A DNA stretch of 64,000 nucleotides from a virus (taxonomy: Duplodnaviria; Caudoviricetes): the IMG/VR virus record IMGVR_UViG_3300022752_000016; one strand, written 5' to 3'. The notes below the pieces were generated by a model that saw only the letters and a program-made list of their open reading frames with translations, was not told where the DNA came from and made no database searches. Within the stretch, counting starts at the first letter, position 1, and each line of letters starts with the position of its first letter. A program made the translations under genes and the position numbers. This document shows, piece after piece, positions 19,728-27,584 of this stretch.

Positions 19728-22700
19728 ATGATTAGAGATGTTTTTTATTATGGCAAGAAGCCTAACATTCATCCAAGAGAAAGATTTGCTAAAAACCTTG
19801 AAGAAGCAAGAGAGTTATCAAATACAGAGCATTTTTGGATAATAAATGAATTTTGTGATTATAAAAATTTTGATTGGGATTTCGATTACGAATTTTTACC
19901 AGACGAGGATGTATGGGCGCAGGATCATATAAATATATGGCCAAGTTTATATCAAAAAGATAGTGGAACATGGTTAGTTCCAAATAATAATAGTTTAGTG
20001 AGAATTTACAGAAATGATGTACAACCTGTAGATAGAAAAATAATTAAAGATAATTGGATTATTTATTCACAAATAGACAGTAAAAAATTTGATTTAAAAT
20101 GGCATCCTGATCCACTTGATCCGCCCTTTATTTATGTATGGGGGAATAAATTTATACCAGCAGAACTGCAACCTACAATAGAATATTATACACCTAGTGC
20201 TGTTGAACGAAAATACATGGGTGAAGTTGAGGTATTACCACAAATGGAACGTTGGGTAATGGTTCAAGATATAACTGAGGATTTTGATTTAACTTGGAGA
20301 CCTGATCCAAGAGAACCTCCGTACATTTACGTTTGGGGAAACAAATATATACCTGGAGAGTTACAATCTACAATTGAATATCATACTCCTAATGCAATCA
20401 ATAAAAAATATATGGGTAATGCACCTGTTTTACCTGATAAAAATTGGAAAATTATACAGGAAATTGATAAAACTAAATTTGATTTATCTTGGAGACCTGA
20501 TCCACGTGAACCTCCATACATTTATACTTGGGGAAATAAGTTTATTCCTGCTGAAATAATGCCTACAATTCAATACTTATGTCCAAACGCTACTGAACAT
20601 AAGTACATGCAAGAACCATTAGAGGTATTACCTGAATATGAAAAATGGGTAGAAGTACAGGCTATCGATAAAACTAAATTTGATTTATCTTGGAGACCTG
20701 ATCCACGTGAACCTCCATATATTTACGTTTGGGGAAACAAATATATACCTGGTGAATTATTACCTACATTGCAATATAATTGTATAGGAGCAAAAGAATA
20801 CAAATATATGGGTGATGTTGAGGTTATTCCAGAACACGAAAAATGGGTAGAAGTACAGGCTATCGACAAAACAAAATTTGATTTATCTTGGAGACCTGAT
20901 CCACGTGAACCTCCATACATTTATACTTGGGGAAATAAATATATACCTGGTGAATTAATGCCAACTTTAGAATATAGATGTATTGGAGCAACAGAACGCA
21001 AATATATGGGTGATGTTGAGGTTATTCCAGAACACGAAAAATGGGTCGAAATTCAACTAATTGATAAGACAACATTTGACATGACATGGAGACCTGATCC
21101 AAGAGAACCTCCATATATTTACGTTTGGGGGAATAAGTTTATTCCTGCAGAATTAATGTCAACTTTAGAATATAGATGTATTGGAGCAAAAGAATACAAA
21201 TATATGGGTGATGTTGAGGTTATTCCAGAACACGATAAATGGGTCGAAGTGCAGTTAATTGATAAGACAAAATTTGACATGACATGGAGACCTGATCCAA
21301 GAGAACCTCCATATATTTACGTTTGGGGGAATAAGTTTATTCCTGCAGAATTAATGCCAACTTTAGAATATAGATGTATTGGAGCCACTGAGCGAAAATA
21401 TATGGGAAATATTGATGTATTGCCTGAGTTTAATAGATGGGTCGAAGTTCAAACTATTGATAAGACTAAATTTGATATGACATGGAGACCTGATCCAAGA
21501 GAACCACCTTATATCTATGTATGGGGAAACAAATATATACCAGGCGAATTAAAATCAACAATTGAATACCATACCCCTAATAGTACTGAACGTAAGTATA
21601 TGGGAGATGTTGATGTTTTACCAGAAACAGAACGTTGGAATATTGTTCAAAAACCTAAGGATTTTGATTTAACATGGAGACCTGACCCAAAAGAACCACC
21701 ATACATTTATGTATGGGGCAATAAATATATACCTGGGGAGATACAATCTACAATAGAATATCATACACCTGACGCTCAAGAAATAAAATATATGGGTGAC
21801 ATAGAAGTTGTACCATATTATGAACATTGGAATATTGTGCAAGAAGTCGGTGATGATTTTGATCTTTGTTGGAGACCTGATCCAAGAGAACCACCATACA
21901 TTTATGTATGGGGGAACAACTATATACCTGGCGAGGTTAAAGCTACAATTGAATATCATACACCTAATAGTATTGAACGCAAGTATATGGGTATTGCCAG
22001 TGTTAAACCTGACAAAAATTGGAAAATTACACAGGATATTGATATTGAAAAATTTGATTTATGTTGGAGACCTGATCCTAGGGAGCCTGCATACATTTAT
22101 ACTTGGGGTAATAAGTATGTAAGTGCTGAACTAGTACCAACCATTGAATATTATACTCCTAACGCCACTGAACGTAAGTATATGGGTGAAGTAGACGTTA
22201 TTCCTGAATTTGATCGTTGGGTAGAAGTACAACCAATTGACAAATCAACATTTGATATGACATGGAGACCTGATCCAAGAGAACCACCATACATTTATGT
22301 ATGGGGTAATAAACATATTCCCGCCGAACTAAAACCCACGCTAGAATATTATACTCCAAACGCAACAGATAGAAAATATATGGGTAATGTTGAAGTTTTA
22401 CCAATAAACGAAAATTGGAAAATTACCCAAGAAGCTATAAACTTTGATTACACATGGAGACCGGACCCAAGAGAACCTGATTATATCTATGTATGGGGTA
22501 ACAAGTATATACCTGGCGAGTTAAAACCTACAATTGAATACATTTGTCCTAACGCTATTGAAAAAAAGTATATGGGGAATGTTGAAGTAGCCTCTGAATG
22601 GGACAAATATAGAATACTGATCCCTGTTGATAAGAATAGTTTTGATTTTAGTTGGAGACCTGATCCAAGAGAGCCTCCCTATATTTACGTTTGGGGCAAT

Positions 22701-25556
22701 CAAACTAATAGTGCCACTATAGAACCTACGATAGAATATCATTGCACAGGTGCTGTTGAACGCAAATACATGGTTGACAGAGTAGCTACAACGTTACCAG
22801 ATATTGAAAAATTTAAAATTTTAATTTCAGTAAAAGATTTTGATTTTAGTTGGAGACCAGATCCTCATAGTCCTCCTTATATCTACGTGTTTGGTAACCA
22901 ATGGCATGATGCAATGACTGAACCTACAGTAGAATATCATGTACCTGGTGCGAAAGAAAAAAAATATATAACAGATATTATAGCGAAGGTAAGTCCTACA
23001 CAGGAAAATTGGAAAACACTTATCCCTGTTGTAGATTTTGATTATAGCTGGAGGCCTAACCCACACAGTACTCCATACATTTATGTATTTGGAAATCAAT
23101 GGAATCCTATTGAATTAGAGCATACAGTTGAATACCATACACCTGGGGCAAAAGACTACAAATATATAACAGATATTGTAGCAAATCTTAAACCAACTAA
23201 CACTGAAAAACATTGGAAAAGGTTGTTACCTGTTGAAAGTTTTGATTATAGTTGGAAACCTGATCCAAGAGAACCTGCATTAATATATGTATTTGGAAAT
23301 AAATGGAATGATTCTAAGACTGAGCCTACTATTGAATATCATTGTGAAGGTGCTACAGAACGAAAATACTTAGATTTTCCTGTAGCTAAACCCACAGTTG
23401 AATTTAAATATTGGTCCATATCAAATAATTACGATCTAGAATCATTTGATTTTAGTTGGAGACCTAATCCGCATAGTCCACCACAAATTTATCAATGGGA
23501 AAATAATGGTCCAAGATATAATGTACCAGGTGCTACAGACGTTGTATTAATGAAAAGAATTGATACTGACTATGCACCGAAAATTAATAAATATTTTATT
23601 AAAACTAACCTTACCGATTTGATTAGTGAACATCCAAATGAAGTATTTTGGGCTTTAAATCCTGATCTAAATTATGATAAGTTTGACTTTACATGGAAGC
23701 CTAATAAAGAAAATTTTACACACATAAATGTTTTTGGTAATGAATATAGTAAAAATACCCACACATATTATATAAACGGGCCAATGTATAACTTGGGATA
23801 TAGGCAATATAATTATATAAATAATCAAAAATTTAGTGGGGATACAAACCTTTCAATGTTTTTTATTGATAGGGGTAATGATTATAGTCAAAAAAGATTC
23901 GATGCACTTAAAACAAAGTACCCACAATTACAAAAAACAAGATTTCTAAATTCTTGGGTAGATACTATTAATCGTTGCACTCAAAAATCTTATACAAAGT
24001 TCCTTTGGGTTTTAAGTAGCGAATTAGATTATAGTGAATTTGAGTTTGACTTTTATCCTAGTCCATGGCAAGAAAAAATGGTACATGTGTTTGGTACACA
24101 ATGGAGTCATTGGGGTAATACATACCTAATAAACAAGGAAACATTTGCAAATGATACTAAGTATATAAAAATTATTGAACATTTGTCATGTTTAAATTTT
24201 GTCAAAACTAAACGTGCAAAAGCTGTGGACATTATTTATGATATTGTCTATATTGACCACAAAAATACAAAAGTGGATAGTAATAAATTTAAATATGTGA
24301 TTGAGTATGAGGATAATTATTATAAAACTTTTAAAAAATTAATTGATGTTTTACCTAAAAAGAAAGAGCATTATATTTGGATAATAAGTTCAATCTGTGA
24401 TTATACAAACTTTAATTTTACTTACATTTGTGACCCATTTGCTAAAGAACAATTACACGTTTTTCCAAGCGATAAACAAAAATATGGTGACACATTTTTT
24501 GTAGACGTTAATAATTTACGTGAACAAATTGAAAATATTGAAAAACTTAAAAATTTTACAAAAATAAATTTTAATAATCATCAAACAGTAAAAAGATTAG
24601 ATTGTCCTAAATTTGTAATAGAGGATGATACTTTTGTAAATTCAATTAATGTTGAATTTAATTTTCCCTATGCAAATTTTGTAACGGTAGATAATTGTAC
24701 ATTAAATGTTGTGGACGATGATCCAATCAATTTGTGGGAAGAAGAAACAAAAAATATTATAGTGCAAAGTACAGGTAATACAAATATTATTATACCCAAA
24801 GAAGTAAAGAAATATGTAAAAAAAGAATTGTATGATTATCCTTATATCACTAAACGTGATAAATTACAATCAAGTTTTCCATTAGATATTGTTTTTTTAA
24901 GTAATGGTGAAAAAAATGCTGATGCAAACTATGAACATCTATTATCTGTAATAAAAAATAAACCAAATAGAGTAATAAGAGTTGATGGTATTAATGGTAG
25001 AAAAAATGCAAATTACGCAGTTGCAGATATTAGTAATACTCCTTGGATGTTTGTAGTATTTGCAAAGTTAAAAGTAAAAGAAAACTTTGATTGGGATTGG
25101 CAACCTGATAGAATGCAATTACCAAAACATTATATTTTTTATGCTAGGAATCCTGTTAATGGTTTGTTTTACGGACACCAAGCAATGATAGCATGGAATA
25201 AAAATATAGTTTTACAAACACAAGGAGTAGACTTAGATTTTACAATGGAAGGTAACCATGAAGTTGTTAAGATAGATAGCGGAACACCTTATTATAATAC
25301 AGATGAATATAGCACATGGAGGACTGCTTTTAGAGAGGTTATAAAATTGAAGTATTACAACAATAAAGAAAGTCAGCATCGTTTAAAAGTATGGTCAAGT
25401 ATAGCAGAAGGTGATTTTGCCCAATTTAGTTTACAAGGAGCAAAACATGCTATAGATTACTTTAATGCGGTTGATGGTAATATTGATAAATTAAAATTAA
25501 GTTACGAATGGGCTTGGTGTAAAGAATATTTTCTTAAAAAGTATGATAGAATTTAA
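19728..25556 (+). CDS. 1942-aa tandem-repeat protein with C-terminal glycosyltransferase-like domain
   Basis: 18 clear ~60-aa repeats (FDxxWRPDPREPPYIYVWGN...) plus degenerate copies; C-terminal DIVFLSNGE...RVDGING...WRTAFREVIKL domain. Confidence 0.8.
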   Translation: MIRDVFYYGKKPNIHPRERFAKNLEEARELSNTEHFWIINEFCDYKNFDWDFDYEFLPDEDVWAQDHINIWPSLYQKDSGTWLVPNNNSLVRIYRNDVQPVDRKIIKDNWIIYSQIDSKKFDLKWHPDPLDPPFIYVWGNKFIPAELQPTIEYYTPSAVERKYMGEVEVLPQMERWVMVQDITEDFDLTWRPDPREPPYIYVWGNKYIPGELQSTIEYHTPNAINKKYMGNAPVLPDKNWKIIQEIDKTKFDLSWRPDPREPPYIYTWGNKFIPAEIMPTIQYLCPNATEHKYMQEPLEVLPEYEKWVEVQAIDKTKFDLSWRPDPREPPYIYVWGNKYIPGELLPTLQYNCIGAKEYKYMGDVEVIPEHEKWVEVQAIDKTKFDLSWRPDPREPPYIYTWGNKYIPGELMPTLEYRCIGATERKYMGDVEVIPEHEKWVEIQLIDKTTFDMTWRPDPREPPYIYVWGNKFIPAELMSTLEYRCIGAKEYKYMGDVEVIPEHDKWVEVQLIDKTKFDMTWRPDPREPPYIYVWGNKFIPAELMPTLEYRCIGATERKYMGNIDVLPEFNRWVEVQTIDKTKFDMTWRPDPREPPYIYVWGNKYIPGELKSTIEYHTPNSTERKYMGDVDVLPETERWNIVQKPKDFDLTWRPDPKEPPYIYVWGNKYIPGEIQSTIEYHTPDAQEIKYMGDIEVVPYYEHWNIVQEVGDDFDLCWRPDPREPPYIYVWGNNYIPGEVKATIEYHTPNSIERKYMGIASVKPDKNWKITQDIDIEKFDLCWRPDPREPAYIYTWGNKYVSAELVPTIEYYTPNATERKYMGEVDVIPEFDRWVEVQPIDKSTFDMTWRPDPREPPYIYVWGNKHIPAELKPTLEYYTPNATDRKYMGNVEVLPINENWKITQEAINFDYTWRPDPREPDYIYVWGNKYIPGELKPTIEYICPNAIEKKYMGNVEVASEWDKYRILIPVDKNSFDFSWRPDPREPPYIYVWGNQTNSATIEPTIEYHCTGAVERKYMVDRVATTLPDIEKFKILISVKDFDFSWRPDPHSPPYIYVFGNQWHDAMTEPTVEYHVPGAKEKKYITDIIAKVSPTQENWKTLIPVVDFDYSWRPNPHSTPYIYVFGNQWNPIELEHTVEYHTPGAKDYKYITDIVANLKPTNTEKHWKRLLPVESFDYSWKPDPREPALIYVFGNKWNDSKTEPTIEYHCEGATERKYLDFPVAKPTVEFKYWSISNNYDLESFDFSWRPNPHSPPQIYQWENNGPRYNVPGATDVVLMKRIDTDYAPKINKYFIKTNLTDLISEHPNEVFWALNPDLNYDKFDFTWKPNKENFTHINVFGNEYSKNTHTYYINGPMYNLGYRQYNYINNQKFSGDTNLSMFFIDRGNDYSQKRFDALKTKYPQLQKTRFLNSWVDTINRCTQKSYTKFLWVLSSELDYSEFEFDFYPSPWQEKMVHVFGTQWSHWGNTYLINKETFANDTKYIKIIEHLSCLNFVKTKRAKAVDIIYDIVYIDHKNTKVDSNKFKYVIEYEDNYYKTFKKLIDVLPKKKEHYIWIISSICDYTNFNFTYICDPFAKEQLHVFPSDKQKYGDTFFVDVNNLREQIENIEKLKNFTKINFNNHQTVKRLDCPKFVIEDDTFVNSINVEFNFPYANFVTVDNCTLNVVDDDPINLWEEETKNIIVQSTGNTNIIIPKEVKKYVKKELYDYPYITKRDKLQSSFPLDIVFLSNGEKNADANYEHLLSVIKNKPNRVIRVDGINGRKNANYAVADISNTPWMFVVFAKLKVKENFDWDWQPDRMQLPKHYIFYARNPVNGLFYGHQAMIAWNKNIVLQTQGVDLDFTMEGNHEVVKIDSGTPYYNTDEYSTWRTAFREVIKLKYYNNKESQHRLKVWSSIAEGDFAQFSLQGAKHAIDYFNAVDGNIDKLKLSYEWAWCKEYFLKKYDRI
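20080..23520 (+). repeat. Intragenic tandem array of ~180-nt units (tggagacctgatcca core)
   Basis: Near-identical DNA units, most similar between ~20480 and 21550. Confidence 0.9.
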
Positions 25557-25561
25557 AAAAT

Positions 25562-25696
25562 ATGTTATTACTTTTTTCATCTCATTTAAATCATTCTATT
25601 TTACAAAATTTATCACAGGAAGAAAGATTTGTAGTTGCTTTTAATTTTTTTATGAAGGGAAATATAGGTACTAATGAATGGATGTTAAAACTATAA
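25562..25696 (+). pseudogene. C-terminal remnant of a 2OG-Fe(II) oxygenase-like gene
   Basis: MLLLFSSHLNHSILQNLSQEERFVVAFNFFMKG resembles the distal H...R..hFN strand region; in-frame stops at 25544-25549 remove the N-terminal part. Confidence 0.55.
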
Positions 25697-25699
25697 ATA
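25692..25699 (+). promoter_or_regulatory. Late promoter TATAAATA in front of tmRNA acceptor piece
   Basis: Perfect consensus just upstream of the acceptor piece. Confidence 0.65.
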
Positions 25700-25704
25700 A
25701 AGAA

Positions 25705-25774
25705 TAAAGAATTGTTGTATGAAGTTGAAGGAAAAGTGCTGCGGACGCGGGTTCGACTCCCGCCTGGTCCACCA
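25705..25774 (+). ncRNA. ssrA: tmRNA acceptor piece of a circularly permuted (two-piece) ssrA
   Basis: GGAC-GCGGG-TTCGACT-CCCGC T-arm, CTGGTCC-A-CCA end pairing with GGGCCAG at 26001 including G3-U70; TGTTGT (25713) pairs with ACAACA (26042); 5' end approximate. Confidence 0.9.
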
Positions 25775-25813
25775 TAAGGAAATATCCATAAGGAAATATC
25801 CATAAGGAAATAT
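25772..25813 (+). repeat. Three perfect copies of CCATAAGGAAATAT (14 nt)
   Basis: 25772-85, 25786-99, 25800-13; first copy begins at the tmRNA CCA, last ends at ATG 25814. Confidence 0.95.
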
Positions 25814-25999
25814 ATGAGAGTTACAAACACAGAATCAATTCAACTTACACCTAAAGATGGTAAATGGTATGCTATGCCAAATGACCAATACATTAGATGG
25901 AATTTTGATGAGAGAATTTGGGATTATATGATCACAAAAGAAGGGGACACAAAGCCTAGATTTTGGGATCAATTACCGGATGGTACGGTTTCCTTATGA
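25814..25999 (+). CDS. 61-aa Trp-rich protein inside the tmRNA intervening segment
   Basis: SD AAGGA 5 nt upstream; fills the intervening segment; TGA ends 1 nt before the tmRNA 5' G. Confidence 0.65.
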   Translation: MRVTNTESIQLTPKDGKWYAMPNDQYIRWNFDERIWDYMITKEGDTKPRFWDQLPDGTVSL

Positions 26000-26000
26000 T

Positions 26001-26170
26001 GGGCCAGACATGGTTTCGACGGGGTAAAGAGTACGGATATGGACAACACGGTAGGCGAAGACCGCAAATCTAGCAAAGCAAATAGACGCAAATGACGACT
26101 ATTTTTATCAGGATCTCAAGCTAGCCGCTTGAGCCTGACGGGGTAGGAAAGACCTTGTAACCAAACAAAC
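26001..26170 (+). ncRNA. ssrA: tmRNA coding piece; tag ANDDYFYQDLKLAA* (26088-26132)
   Basis: GGGCCAGACATGGTTTCGACGGGG 5' end, AAATAGAC-GCA resume context, LAA-stop tag, stop codon in CTCAAGC/GCTTGAG hairpin; 3' end approximate. Confidence 0.9.
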
Positions 26171-26171
26171 C

Positions 26172-26193
26172 TAGGCTCTACGGAGCCTATTTT
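26172..26193 (+). terminator. Rho-independent terminator after tmRNA
   Basis: TAGGCTC-TACG-GAGCCTA-TTTT. Confidence 0.75.
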
Positions 26194-26328
26194 ACCCAAT
26201 ATCTATAGACATTGCGTAAAAAAGTGTTATAGTTTGCACTAATACTTTAATTAATTAGGTTAGATTATATGCACTAAATATTAATCTACACCTGATTTTT
26301 ATCAGGTATTATTTTATAAGGAACTAGA

Positions 26329-27342
26329 ATGAAAAAACTTTTATTAGCGTCACTTATTGCAGGTGCTACATCAGTTGCAGTTGCACAAACAACTGTATAT
26401 GGTTTGGCTGATGCATATTATGGACATCAAACAAATGCAAAAAATAGCAATCAAGTAAATGCTGGTGGTATGACAACTAGTTACATTGGTATCAGTGCAT
26501 CTGAAAAAATTGGCGATCTACAAGCTAGAGCAGTATTAGAGACATTTTTGCGTCCTGATACCGCACAACAAGGTCGTTTTAATAATGATACTTTTTATGC
26601 AAGAAACGCATATGTTGCACTATCATCTAAAGCAGGTGAAGTACAACTTGGTCGTGTAACTACACCATACTTTATCTCAACAATTGCATTTAATGCATTA
26701 GGTGATAGCTTTGTATTCAGTCCAACAGTAACATCAAGGGTTGGAGTTAATAACTTTAATCTTGGTGGTGGTGGAAGTGATACAGGATGGAATAACTCAG
26801 TTTTAGTAAAAACTAGTATGGCTGGTTTAGCACTTACAGGTGTCTATAGTGCAGGAGTTACTGATGATAGCAACGCAAAATTATCAGGTAAAAGCGTTGG
26901 CGCCATGTACTTTCAAGGTCCAATTGGTTTAACTGCAACTTGGCAAGACGTAGAGCAAGGCGCAGGTAAAGCAAGTATGTCATCAACAATCGTTGGTGCA
27001 AGTTATGATCTTAAAGTAGCAAAGGTGTTTGCTCAACATGAGACTGTTAAAAACAGCGATAATGTAACAAAAGAAGATAGAGGTTATACAGTAGGCGCAA
27101 CAATGCCAATGGGTAAAAATACTCTAATGGCAAGCTATGCAAAGAAAGACCATGATTTCACAAATGGTAGAACTGCTGAAACAGCAAGCTGGGCAGTAGG
27201 TGTAAGCCATGCACTAAGCAAGCGTACTGATTTATATGCTGCTGTACGTGATACAAATTATACTAATGACGGTTTAAATAGAACAAATGCAAACTTCGTC
27301 GATACCCGTGTAACAGGTGTAGGCGTACGTCATCGTTTTTAA
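26329..27342 (+). CDS. Gram-negative general porin (Betaproteobacteria-like)
   Basis: Signal peptide, TTVYGLADA N-terminus, YALSKRT-like HALSKRTDLYAA, C-terminal GVRHRF with terminal Phe. Confidence 0.88.
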   Translation: MKKLLLASLIAGATSVAVAQTTVYGLADAYYGHQTNAKNSNQVNAGGMTTSYIGISASEKIGDLQARAVLETFLRPDTAQQGRFNNDTFYARNAYVALSSKAGEVQLGRVTTPYFISTIAFNALGDSFVFSPTVTSRVGVNNFNLGGGGSDTGWNNSVLVKTSMAGLALTGVYSAGVTDDSNAKLSGKSVGAMYFQGPIGLTATWQDVEQGAGKASMSSTIVGASYDLKVAKVFAQHETVKNSDNVTKEDRGYTVGATMPMGKNTLMASYAKKDHDFTNGRTAETASWAVGVSHALSKRTDLYAAVRDTNYTNDGLNRTNANFVDTRVTGVGVRHRF

Positions 27343-27364
27343 TATATACTTTAGTTGTATAAAC

Positions 27365-27388
27365 AAAGGCACATATTGTGCCTTTTTT
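27365..27388 (+). terminator. Terminator after porin
   Basis: AAAGGCAC-ATATT-GTGCCTTT-TTT. Confidence 0.75.
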
Positions 27389-27439
27389 ATTTTGTGCTAA
27401 ATAAAACTATGAATAAAACTCTTATAGCATTAATGTTTT

Positions 27440-27461
27440 TGCCCGAAAGGGCATTTTTTTT
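27440..27461 (+). terminator. GNRA-capped hairpin with T8 run (terminator/attenuator-like)
   Basis: TGCCC-GAAA-GGGCA-TTTTTTTT, downstream of late-like box GCTAAATA (27396). Confidence 0.6.
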
Positions 27462-27472
27462 GGAGAAATATT

Positions 27473-27577
27473 ATGTCATGGTTTAGACACTTTAGACCCA
27501 AGCACCCACCTTTCCCACCGTATAAGCAACCTGTTCCTATACCAAAAAATAAGGAGCCAGTGAAACCTAAATCATAA
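27473..27577 (+). CDS. 34-aa proline-rich basic peptide (MSWFRHFRPKHPPFPPYKQPVPIPKNKEPVKPKS), not in ORF track
   Basis: SD GGAG at 27462; translated by hand; 10 Pro, 8 Lys/Arg. Confidence 0.5.
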   Translation: MSWFRHFRPKHPPFPPYKQPVPIPKNKEPVKPKS

Positions 27578-27584
27578 ATACTTA

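Noticed and set aside
20080-23520. Diversity-generating retroelement template/variable repeats
   Set aside because: Differences between units are not confined to adenines and are largely synonymous; no reverse transcriptase in the window
25741-25774. tRNA gene or tRNA fragment/attachment-site scar
   Set aside because: No D or anticodon arm upstream; its acceptor strand pairs exactly with GGGCCAG at 26001, which leads into a tmRNA tag frame
25772-25813. CRISPR mini-array
   Set aside because: Units are contiguous 14-mers with no spacers, and no cas genes are present
25591-25830. Minus-strand 79-aa ORF
   Set aside because: Antisense shadow of the tmRNA acceptor piece and repeats; no SD
26200-26328. 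Pho box upstream of the porin
   Set aside because: No 11-bp-periodic GTAAT/GTCAT half-sites found, so a phosphate-regulated porin is unsupported
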